Positions 1 to 7,814 of a DNA stretch of 64,000 nt are shown here, piece after piece. This DNA comes from an uncultured Gammaproteobacteria bacterium. GTDB taxonomy: Bacteria > Patescibacteriota > Microgenomatia > Daviesbacterales > UBA10151. Within the stretch, counting starts at the first letter, position 1; every line of letters begins with the position of its first letter. The stretch is from the NCBI GenBank assembly GCA_964523905.1, contig CAZFYQ010000003.1:28976-92975 (forward strand), read 5' to 3'. Below the pieces are notes generated by a model. It was not told where the DNA came from. It was given only the letters and a program-made list of their open reading frames with translations, and searched no databases. The position numbers were made by a program, and so were the translations under genes.

Positions 1-31
1 AAAGGAAATAATTGACTGAACTCAGCAGTAA

Positions 32-1198
32 TCATAGAGTTGCTTGTGGTAACTCAACCTGGAGACTTGTGCCTTTGTTTATTTTAGATTTTATTTTTAC
101 ATCGCCGTGGTGGTTAGCAATAATATATTTTACTAAAGCTAGTCCTAGGCCCATTCCTTCTACCTGGTGTTCACCCCTGTAATAGGTTTCAAAGATTTGC
201 TCTAGATCCTTTTTAGGAATTCCGTGACCTTCATCTCTAACTTCGATAATTAGATTTTTACCTTTTTTGGTTAAGCTGATGGTAATGGGTTGTTCAGGAG
301 AAGAAAATTTAGCAGCGTTATCCAATAAATTTGTTAATACTTGTAATAACTTATCATAATCCCCAATAATAATATCTTTACCCTCCTCCACCTTATCATG
401 CAAAATGATTTTTCTATCAGGATGAGTAAATTTCGCAATGGATAAAGCTCTGTGAATAATTTGTTTTAGATGACATTCTCTCCATTTATAATCAAATTGC
501 CCACTTTTGATCCGGTTTACTTCTAGTAGTTCACTGACTAACTGTGTTAGACGGCTAGTCTCCCACATTAATTCTTCCACCCATCTTGACTCTGAAGTAT
601 TTCTCCCATAAAGCCGGGTATAAAGCAGCTGAATATAACCGTTTATAGTGGTTAAAGGGGTTCTTAGCTCATGCGCTGCCATAGAAATAAATAAGTCTCT
701 TGTTTCCAATGCCTTTTGGGTCTCGTTATTAAGTTGAGCTTTACGGATAGCCAAGCTGGCCATTGTGCTATATAGTTTAAAAGTATCTAATTCTTTTTCA
801 GTAATATTAGCCTTCTTAAATGAGTGAATAGATAAAACCCCGATGGATTTATTTTTATAAGATAAAGGAAGGCTAATTAGGGACTTTACTCCCACTTTTC
901 TAAATTCTGGCTGGATTCTATTTATTATTGATGGTTTATTGATGATGATTGCTTTTCTTGTTTTAAATGTTGTATAGGTAATTCCTTTTTTTCTGATCTG
1001 TATTTTATATAAATTCTCATAGCTACTATATACTCGCGTTAATAGTCCTGTAGAAGGATCTGGTAAGAAAATGGAACCCCGCTGGGCATCCATTAACTTA
1101 AGGGCTTCGTGAACTATAACAGGATAAGTTTCCTCCAGAGTTAACGGGGTGAGGAATTTAATAGCGGCCTTGTTAATCTTTTCAAGAATATTATTCAT
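32..1198 (-). CDS. GAF-domain sensor histidine kinase
   Basis: N-terminal GAF-like region, H-box AAHELRTPLT, N-box NLLDNAAKFS, G1 DEGHGI, G2 GMGLGL. Confidence 0.93.
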   Translation of the reverse strand: MNNILEKINKAAIKFLTPLTLEETYPVIVHEALKLMDAQRGSIFLPDPSTGLLTRVYSSYENLYKIQIRKKGITYTTFKTRKAIIINKPSIINRIQPEFRKVGVKSLISLPLSYKNKSIGVLSIHSFKKANITEKELDTFKLYSTMASLAIRKAQLNNETQKALETRDLFISMAAHELRTPLTTINGYIQLLYTRLYGRNTSESRWVEELMWETSRLTQLVSELLEVNRIKSGQFDYKWRECHLKQIIHRALSIAKFTHPDRKIILHDKVEEGKDIIIGDYDKLLQVLTNLLDNAAKFSSPEQPITISLTKKGKNLIIEVRDEGHGIPKKDLEQIFETYYRGEHQVEGMGLGLALVKYIIANHHGDVKIKSKINKGTSLQVELPQATL

Positions 1199-1296
1199 GA
1201 GCAGACAAGTTGAATTTTACTAGATTATTACAAAAATTCAAGTTTTCCACTACGTGGAGGAGGCTTTTACTACAATTTTCTTACAGAAAAGATTAT

Positions 1297-1455
1297 TTAT
1301 GTGGCTACTTTGAGCTTACCATTTGTAGAGGCGGCGCTCATTTTAACCAGGTTTTGCAAAATACTGGACACCGAAGACATCTCGACATCCAGTTCCTTTA
1401 AGACATCCATTTCTTTTTTGTATTTTAATTTTCTGGTCAGAAGTTCAAGTGTCAT
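1297..1455 (-). CDS. small hypothetical protein (52 aa)
   Basis: Manually read ORF MTLELLTRKLKYKKEMDVLKELDVEMSSVSSILQNLVKMSAASTNGKLKVAT, co-directional with neighbours; below the ORF-track cutoff. Confidence 0.4.
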   Translation of the reverse strand: MTLELLTRKLKYKKEMDVLKELDVEMSSVSSILQNLVKMSAASTNGKLKVAT

Positions 1456-1583
1456 AGTCTAAAGACAAGGTGCTTTAAATAACTCGTAAATGAAATTTCC
1501 TTTAAATACTTTTTTCATATGAGCTAATATTACTGCGCAATATTAAGAAAAAAATAAAAATATTGTAAAGATTTGGTTAGAAA

Positions 1584-2531
1584 CTACTGAAGAGAGGCAA
1601 TTAATTTATTAAGCCCCTCTTCCAGCTCTATCTTGGGTTCCCAGCCTAGTTGGGTTTTGGCTTTGGTAATATCAGGACATCTTTGCATTGGATCATCCTG
1701 GGGTAAATCATGATATTCCAGCTGAGAAGATGAGTTAGTTAAAGCCTTAACCTTTTCTGCCAGTTCTAAGACCGTAAATTCATTAGGATTACCAATGTTA
1801 TATACCTCATCCTTTGACCCTTTTTCCATAGCAGCAATAATGCCATCAACCAAATCTGACACATAACAAAATGACCGGGTCTGGGTGCCTTTGCCAAAAA
1901 TAGGCAGCGGCTGATTTTTTAAAGCAGCTTGAACAAAAGTAATTACTACCCGGCCATCATCTAAGGCCATTTTAGGTCCGTAAGTGTTGAAAATACGGAT
2001 AATCCGGCCATCCAGACCTTTTGACCTAACATAGGCAGAAATAATGGTTTCCCCAAACCGCTTAGCTTCATCATAAACTGCTCTGGGACCAGTGGTAGAA
2101 ACATTACCGCGGTAAGATTCTTTTTGAGGATGCTCTTTGGGATCCCCATAAACCTCAGAGGTGGAGGCAAACAGTAATTTAGCTCCTGTTTTAACAGCCA
2201 ATTCTGCTAAATTCCAAGTTCCATCAGTATTAACCCTCATAGTCTCAAAAGCCAAGGCATGGTAACTCTTAGGACTATTTTCATTAGGAGAAGCTGGAGA
2301 TGCCAGATGATAAATCTGATCCACCTTGTCATCCCGGACTTGATCCGGAATCCATTTGGATATATCTTCATTTATAAATTTAAAGTTTGGATTGGATTTA
2401 AATTCTTCAATATTTTCCTCAGAGCCGGTTAACAGATTATCAATACAAATTACTTCATTGCCCTGTTCCAATAATTTTCCGCATAGATGTGATCCCAAAA
2501 ACCCCGCCCCGCCAGTAACAATAATTTTCAT
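1584..2531 (-). CDS. UDP-glucuronate decarboxylase-like NAD-dependent epimerase/dehydratase
   Basis: TGGAGFLG, HLASPASP, ASTSEVYGDP, YDEAKR, RIFNTYGP motifs. Confidence 0.92.
   Translation of the reverse strand: MKIIVTGGAGFLGSHLCGKLLEQGNEVICIDNLLTGSEENIEEFKSNPNFKFINEDISKWIPDQVRDDKVDQIYHLASPASPNENSPKSYHALAFETMRVNTDGTWNLAELAVKTGAKLLFASTSEVYGDPKEHPQKESYRGNVSTTGPRAVYDEAKRFGETIISAYVRSKGLDGRIIRIFNTYGPKMALDDGRVVITFVQAALKNQPLPIFGKGTQTRSFCYVSDLVDGIIAAMEKGSKDEVYNIGNPNEFTVLELAEKVKALTNSSSQLEYHDLPQDDPMQRCPDITKAKTQLGWEPKIELEEGLNKLIASLQ
2327..2354. repeat. palindromic element within coding sequence (encodes WIPDQVRDD)
   Basis: TGTCATCCCGGACTTGATCCGGAATCCA hairpin, in frame in the epimerase. Confidence 0.6.
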
Positions 2532-2545
2532 AAATTTAAGAGGGT

Positions 2546-2641
2546 CTACCTTTTCTTTCGTAACATGGTAGGCAAAGCCAGTAGCACTAATACTAGAGCA
2601 AAAATGGCCAATATTAAATATACAAGTAAGGTATTATCCAA
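2546..2641 (-). CDS. single-TM micropeptide (31 aa)
   Basis: TTG start, MDNTLLVYLILAIFALVLVLLALPTMLRKKR; GGAGGTGA SD overlaps the upstream stop. Confidence 0.65.
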   Translation of the reverse strand: MDNTLLVYLILAIFALVLVLLALPTMLRKKR

Positions 2642-2647
2642 ATAAAG

Positions 2648-2839
2648 TCACCTCCTTAACCAAAGACTGATATACCAAAATACAATTATACTAACAGTTC
2701 CGAGTACTATTTTAATAGAATCAAATCTATCAAATACAGCAGGTAATACTAGGGATGCTACTGATACTAAGGCTAAATCAGATGCTATATCAGATAATTT
2801 TTCCAGCTGTCTCTGATTCAATACTGGTATAGTGGGCAT
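2648..2839 (-). CDS. small two-TM membrane protein
   Basis: 63 aa, two hydrophobic segments; TAAAAT 7 nt before ATG. Confidence 0.7.
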   Translation of the reverse strand: MPTIPVLNQRQLEKLSDIASDLALVSVASLVLPAVFDRFDSIKIVLGTVSIIVFWYISLWLRR

Positions 2840-2844
2840 CAGTT

Positions 2845-4119
2845 TTATTTTACCATAAATCTTCTGTCAGCTAAAAAGGAATTGGCTTTGCGGTAGATTT
2901 TGCCGGAACCTAACAAAATTCCTCTTTGTAGGGTAAATTCGCCGTATCTGTTATTAATTTTATCAATGGCTCTGATGATGGTTTCCTGCCGATTAGTTTC
3001 TGGAAGCAGACTTAAATTTTGCGGAGTTTGTGGTTTTAGATTGGCAATTGAGGCTCCAATCATTCGGATGGGACTACCATTCCAGATTTGATGAAAAATT
3101 TGCCAGGCGGCTTGAAAAATTTCCAGCCCATCACTGGTAACCGGGATACTAATCTGCATTCCATCACCTTCAAAATGCATCTTCAGCTTCCAACCCCCGG
3201 GGTTGATTACGTTCAAACCCCGGGGGTTAAGGGCATAGCGGAACCAGCAAGAAACGGTTTTTCCTACCAATTGTTTGGCCCGCAGTTTCCTGGCAATTAG
3301 CTCTGTTAGCTTAAGCAGAATCTGTTTTATTTCTACTTCATCTTTAGTGTCATGGAAAATAGTATGCCGGTGTCCGACAGATTTAACTTCTTCTTTTTCA
3401 TAAAACGGAGTAATTACTGATTCATCAATTCCTCGGGACATGTTATATAGAATCTGGCCATAAGATTTAAAACCAGCCAACAGGGCTTTTAAAGGTACTG
3501 CTCTTAATTTTTTAAAATCAGTTACACCCAGGTTAAACAGTCTTTGTTTAATGGCTCTGCCAATGCCGCAGATTTCATCCAGTTCTATTTGATCTAAAAT
3601 TTTGATAGCAGCTGACTCATCAGCGATAATTACCAACCCGTCCGGTTTTTTAAGATTGCTGGCCAGTTTAGCCATTAATTTATTGTAAGAAATTCCAATA
3701 GACACCCTCATCCATTCCCCAATTTCTGTCCTGATTCTTTGTTTAATCTCCTGGGCCATTACTACTGCCTGTAGCCTGGTGCCTGTGGCCTGTAAGAAGA
3801 CTTCATCAATCGAAAAAATTTCTATAGCCGGGCTGTAGTCTTTTAAAATATTTAAAAAACGCTTGGTTACTTCTAAATATTTATCCGAATCTCCACGTAC
3901 TAAGATAATATTTGGACAAAGTTTTTGAGCTTCCCAAATAGCCATACCGGTTTTAACTCCATATTGTTTGGCTTCAATAGATGCAGCTCCTATTACAGTC
4001 CGTTTCATCCTATCCCCTCCAGTTACTCCAATTGGTTTACCACGCAGTCTGGGATTAGCCTGCTGTTCAACTGTCGCAAAATAGGAATTGAAGTCAATAT
4101 GCATAATAAATTTATTCAT
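2845..4119 (-). CDS. dinB: Y-family DNA polymerase (Pol IV/UmuC-like)
   Basis: HIDFNSYFATVE, SIDE, AKLAS, KPDG, GIG motifs and a little-finger domain. Confidence 0.92.
   Translation of the reverse strand: MNKFIMHIDFNSYFATVEQQANPRLRGKPIGVTGGDRMKRTVIGAASIEAKQYGVKTGMAIWEAQKLCPNIILVRGDSDKYLEVTKRFLNILKDYSPAIEIFSIDEVFLQATGTRLQAVVMAQEIKQRIRTEIGEWMRVSIGISYNKLMAKLASNLKKPDGLVIIADESAAIKILDQIELDEICGIGRAIKQRLFNLGVTDFKKLRAVPLKALLAGFKSYGQILYNMSRGIDESVITPFYEKEEVKSVGHRHTIFHDTKDEVEIKQILLKLTELIARKLRAKQLVGKTVSCWFRYALNPRGLNVINPGGWKLKMHFEGDGMQISIPVTSDGLEIFQAAWQIFHQIWNGSPIRMIGASIANLKPQTPQNLSLLPETNRQETIIRAIDKINNRYGEFTLQRGILLGSGKIYRKANSFLADRRFMVK
3191..3228. repeat. REP-like doublet in-frame in dinB
   Basis: CAACCCC-C-GGGGTTG and AACCCC-G-GGGGTT hairpins separated by ATTACGTTCA; encodes the LNPRGLNVINPGGW loop. 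Confidence 0.65.
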
Positions 4120-4264
4120 AGGTATAATTCCTGCGATTTGCTACGCAAATCTAAAGAGTTAAAATCTATATGTAAAATGGTTTTATTCATAGGTATAATT
4201 CCTGCGCCTGGCTACGCCAGTCTTAGTCATTAAAATCAATATGTAAAATAGTTCTTGACAGCAT
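4111..4264 (-). repeat. imperfect ~71-bp tandem repeat: two extra diverged copies of the dinB 5' end plus a hairpin leader
   Basis: 4116-4190 reads MNKTILHIDFNSLDLRSKSQELYL*; 4223-4264 reads MLSRTILHIDFND*; the gene starts MNKFIMHIDFNS. Confidence 0.88.
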
Positions 4265-4290
4265 AATTTATTTAAGTTAACTTTTAACTA

Positions 4291-4324
4291 ATGGCTAGAG
4301 AATATGAATGGCTAGAGAATATGA
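4291..4324 (+). repeat. perfect 17-bp tandem duplication of a gene start
   Basis: ATGGCTAGAGAATATGA x2. Confidence 0.95.
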
Positions 4325-4535
4325 ACCCCCTGCAATTAGAGGTGCAGATATTTTATCTAATCTGACGTTTACTCCAGATCTCTCTCCTATGGATAGGATG
4401 GTTGAAGCTAATAAAGCTTTTGATAGATTAGGCATATCAGTGCCTTCTAATCAACCAGATCTTCCTCAACAGCCTGGAGAAACCACCTTAACCGCTCCAG
4501 GTCCAGAGTCAGTTGGTAATAATTTGCCCCACTAG
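4308..4535 (+). CDS. hypothetical protein
   Basis: 75-aa ORF with upstream TTGACA-17-TAACTT promoter; 3' part overlaps the convergent gene. Confidence 0.45.
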   Translation: MAREYEPPAIRGADILSNLTFTPDLSPMDRMVEANKAFDRLGISVPSNQPDLPQQPGETTLTAPGPESVGNNLPH

Positions 4536-4698
4536 AAACTGAGAAATGGTAAAATAACTTACTTCCTTGTTTAGAGGTGTGCACCAGGTTAATTTTATCT
4601 ATTTTAATTTGTCTGCCTCTCCACAGGAAAAACCGAGGTTGTATGGAATTATTCTGGAAAAAAACACCGACATTAATAGCTTCATTAATTTCTGTCAT
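4447..4698 (-). CDS. small conserved protein of the type found beside Y-family polymerases (DUF6504-like)
   Basis: P..F.WRGR..I..I and W.L pattern; co-oriented upstream of dinB; likely start MTEINE. Confidence 0.6.
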   Translation of the reverse strand: MTEINEAINVGVFFQNNSIQPRFFLWRGRQIKIDKINLVHTSKQGSKLFYHFSVSSGANYYQLTLDLERLRWFLQAVEEDLVD

Positions 4699-6388
4699 CC
4701 TACTCTTTATATACCCCAACATAACCCAAAGTCAACAAGTATTTGCTACTTATAATCCTCTATCCGTTCCTAATAATAAATTTGGTATTCATTTAATTTC
4801 CGCCACTCGTGATGAGGCTTCCCCGGCTGCTTCACTGGTAAATTCTACAGGTGGTGACTGGGGCTATGTGACGGTTTTAATAGAGGGTAAAGATAAAAAT
4901 CAGGGTAAATGGCAGGAATTTTTTAATGAACTGCGAAGAAGGCATTTAATCCCCATTGTCAGACTGGCTTCTATTCCGGATGGCAATGTCTGGAAAATTC
5001 CGGACCCGGGAGAGGCTCAAAACTGGGCTGACTTTTTGGATTCTTTAATTTGGCCCACTAAAAACAGATATATCATTATTTATAATGAGCCGAATCAGGC
5101 CCATGAATGGGGCGGAGCTGTTGACGCTGCGGCCTATGCCAAAACTCTGGATGCTACTATTACTGCTTTAAAAACCAAAAATCCGGATTTTTTTGTATTA
5201 AATGCCGGCTTGGATGCATCAGCTCCGCAGCAAATGCCAAGCTATCAAGATGAAGTTGCTTATTTACAGGCTATGAATACTGCGGTTCCGGGAATTTTTG
5301 ATAAATTAGATGGTTGGGTATCCCATTCATATCCTAATCCCGGATTTGTGGGCTCTCCGGATGGCATAGGACGCGGTACAGTTCGTACCTGGCTTTGGGA
5401 GCTGCAACAGTTGCGGATTCTAGGCATTACTAAGAATCTACCGGTTTTCATTACAGAAACCGGCTGGAAACATGCGGAAGGGATGATTTATGATTTCTCT
5501 TTGCCGGATGCAGATACAGTAAGTAAATATTACGAGCAGGCTTTTGCAAGAGCCTGGAGTTCCAGTAATATTGTGACAGTTACTCCGTTTTTATTAAGTT
5601 ATCAGGAAAAGCTGTTTGATCACTTCTCGTTTAAAAGACTGGATGGAGTAAGTTCTGATCCGGGATATTATCCTCAGTTTGATGCGATTGCAAAAATGAG
5701 TAAAGTGGCTGGAAAACCAATACAGGAAAATAAAGCTAAGTTAAATAAGGGAGAAGTTTATTCCTCAATTGTAGCTGGTGAAACCTATGATATTTCTTTA
5801 ACCTTCCAAAATACCGGTCAATCAATTTGGGGTGATGGAAATTCTATCAATTTAATTGCCGGTGACGGAGCAAAGGAGCTGGGTATTGAATCTGTAGATT
5901 TGCCAAAGGATCAGAGGGTTGAACCAGGGCAGGAATATACCTTTCATTTAACTTTAAAGGCTCCGTTAGGAGGCACTTATCATGTTTCTCTAAACCTTTA
6001 TGATGGAGCCCAGCAGTTTGATAACAGTGCAGTGGAATTTACCACTGAGGTTAAGTCTCCGGTGATTGTGCGTATTCAAAACTTGTTAAAATGGAAAAAA
6101 GATTCCAGTGGTATTTATACCTTGACTGTTAAAGGTCCAACAGGAGAAAGTACCAGAAATATTACCTTAGATAAAAATGGTACTTCCCAGGACTTTGAAA
6201 TCCGCTATCTGCTTCCGGATTATAACTTTGAATTTACCCTGGATAAACCATACTATCATCCAAAAATCGTAAATCAAAAACTAACTACCGGAGTTAACAC
6301 CTTAAACTTTGGCATCATGGACCCGGAGCTGCTGATAACCATCGGTGATCCCAAAAAACTTTGGCAACTACTCCCCTTTTCAAACTGA
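4643..6388 (+). CDS. secreted glycoside hydrolase (clan GH-A-like) with C-terminal Ig-like domains
   Basis: Signal-like N-terminus, YNEPN acid/base, SHSYP, ITETGW nucleophile, NTGQSIW Ig-like module. Confidence 0.8.
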   Translation: MELFWKKTPTLIASLISVILLFIYPNITQSQQVFATYNPLSVPNNKFGIHLISATRDEASPAASLVNSTGGDWGYVTVLIEGKDKNQGKWQEFFNELRRRHLIPIVRLASIPDGNVWKIPDPGEAQNWADFLDSLIWPTKNRYIIIYNEPNQAHEWGGAVDAAAYAKTLDATITALKTKNPDFFVLNAGLDASAPQQMPSYQDEVAYLQAMNTAVPGIFDKLDGWVSHSYPNPGFVGSPDGIGRGTVRTWLWELQQLRILGITKNLPVFITETGWKHAEGMIYDFSLPDADTVSKYYEQAFARAWSSSNIVTVTPFLLSYQEKLFDHFSFKRLDGVSSDPGYYPQFDAIAKMSKVAGKPIQENKAKLNKGEVYSSIVAGETYDISLTFQNTGQSIWGDGNSINLIAGDGAKELGIESVDLPKDQRVEPGQEYTFHLTLKAPLGGTYHVSLNLYDGAQQFDNSAVEFTTEVKSPVIVRIQNLLKWKKDSSGIYTLTVKGPTGESTRNITLDKNGTSQDFEIRYLLPDYNFEFTLDKPYYHPKIVNQKLTTGVNTLNFGIMDPELLITIGDPKKLWQLLPFSN

Positions 6389-6446
6389 CCTATTTTGACT
6401 GCTTTTGTCCCAGTTGACGGAATGTATTATTGGATGTATATTGATT

Positions 6447-6546
6447 AGACCTGTTAAAAACTTTAATCGTAAGAAAGAAGTTTACATTGGCCTTAAAAAC
6501 CAATACTTGACAGGTTCTCTAAACAAGTCCCGCAAGGGACTTTTTT
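6447..6546 (+). ncRNA. candidate small structured RNA
   Basis: TTGACG-17-TATATT promoter, 9-bp closing stem ACCTGTTAA/TTGACAGGT, two inner hairpins, intrinsic terminator. Confidence 0.5.
6525..6546 (+). terminator. intrinsic terminator
   Basis: AAGTCCC-GCAA-GGGACTT followed by a T tract. Confidence 0.8.
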
Positions 6547-6588
6547 AGTGGTTTAAATGTGGTAAAATATCTACTTGGTTAACGAAAC

Positions 6589-6661
6589 GGTGGCTGTAGC
6601 TCAGCGGCAGAGCGTCTGTTTGTGGAACAGAAAGTGGGGGGTTCAACTCCCCTCAGCCACC
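6589..6661 (+). tRNA. tRNA-His(GTG)
   Basis: G-1, acceptor GTGGCTG/CAGCCAC, anticodon arm TCTGT-TTGTGGA-ACAGA, T arm GGGGG-TTCAACT-CCCCT. Confidence 0.95.
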
Positions 6662-6681
6662 CAGCTTTTCGGTTCTACTTC

Positions 6682-7155
6682 CTATTCAGCCTCTGGATCT
6701 TGTGGAAAATCAATAAGATTACTTTCTATTTCAGTTTCTATTAAAAATAAGACCTTATCTTTATCAGTGGATTTTGACTCCGAAACCTTGCAGGCTAATT
6801 CATATAGGTCTACCGGATCTATATTTACCCACTTTTTATTTAAACCCAAATGAGTTAGTAAGCCCATTACTCCTATTCTTTTATTACCATTTTGGAATGG
6901 GTGATTCTTAATTAGTGAATAAAATAATATTGCTGCCTGTTTTGTTAAAGAAGGATATAATAATTTTCCGCCAAACATTTGTTGAGGGTTTGCTAATGCT
7001 GATTCTAAAAGACCTTGATCTTTTTCAGTATAATCAGGTATTGGTTCCTTATAACTCATTAACTCACGAGCTAAATCAAAACAGAGAAATTCAAAATCGT
7101 CGATCTTGAGAAATTTAAAATTATGTACTTGCAAGCCTTCGGAAAGTTTCGGCAT
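6682..7155 (-). CDS. Fic/Doc (death-on-curing) family toxin
   Basis: HPFQNGNKR motif; LLESALANP and LYPSL..QAA.L. Confidence 0.9.
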   Translation of the reverse strand: MPKLSEGLQVHNFKFLKIDDFEFLCFDLARELMSYKEPIPDYTEKDQGLLESALANPQQMFGGKLLYPSLTKQAAILFYSLIKNHPFQNGNKRIGVMGLLTHLGLNKKWVNIDPVDLYELACKVSESKSTDKDKVLFLIETEIESNLIDFPQDPEAE

Positions 7156-7249
7156 ATTGTTTTACGCCTTTTGTTACGGACTTCTTTATAAGTCTGGCTT
7201 TATCTGGATTATTTCTTATGTATTTCTTCATTAAATCTTTATTTTTCAT
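7121..7249 (-). CDS. putative minimal antitoxin (42 aa)
   Basis: MKNKDLMKKYIRNNPDKARLIKKSVTKGVKQYAETFRRLAST overlaps the doc start; the Y.ET.R.LA tail resembles Doc-partner antitoxins. Confidence 0.65.
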   Translation of the reverse strand: MKNKDLMKKYIRNNPDKARLIKKSVTKGVKQYAETFRRLAST

Positions 7250-7350
7250 AAATTTATAATATCACAGAATTGTAAGAAAAGACTGAGAATTTTACTACCT
7301 CAATATAATCTAGAATAGTATATAGCAACTGCGAGTCCAAATGAAATGTA

Positions 7351-7758
7351 TTAACAAGGAGTTTTAACTGCTTTTGATTTAGTAACTGTTCGGTGATCCG
7401 GATAAGGGAAGTATAATTTTAGGTCCAAGGTTTTACATCCGGGCAAATTATAAAAGTCGGTAATTATTTCTGTTGAACCATCGCCACCAACATATGCAGC
7501 ATTGTAAGGCTCCTGGTAAACTGTTCTTCCATTAACAAGTGCAATCCTGGCAGATGGTGTAAAGTTAGCACCGTCCACAATTACTGTGGTAATTCCTCCA
7601 CAACTAGGTGAAGAACAAGGTGGCACATAAACTGAGGTAATAGCTGGTCTTAACCTCTGTGGGGCTACGGCTTTAGCTGTAGATATGGCAATGTTAGAAC
7701 TGGCAACTGTAAGTCCTAAAAGAAACAAAACTAAAAACAAAAATTTCTTTATTCTCAT
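7351..7758 (-). CDS. secreted hypothetical protein, IPT/TIG-like
   Basis: Signal peptide, PAITSV...V.V.GANF pattern, Cys pairs. Confidence 0.65.
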   Translation of the reverse strand: MRIKKFLFLVLFLLGLTVASSNIAISTAKAVAPQRLRPAITSVYVPPCSSPSCGGITTVIVDGANFTPSARIALVNGRTVYQEPYNAAYVGGDGSTEIITDFYNLPGCKTLDLKLYFPYPDHRTVTKSKAVKTPC

Positions 7759-7814
7759 ATTAAGAAAGGAGTTTACTACTAAATTCCGCAGTTGTCAACT
7801 ATAGGTTAGATACT

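Noticed and set aside
4111-4251. CRISPR-like repeat-spacer array
   Set aside because: Only 2-3 units, the spacers are homologous to each other, the units translate as dinB starts, and no cas genes are present.
6575-6853. 92-aa plus-strand ORF
   Set aside because: Overlaps tRNA-His and is antisense to doc.
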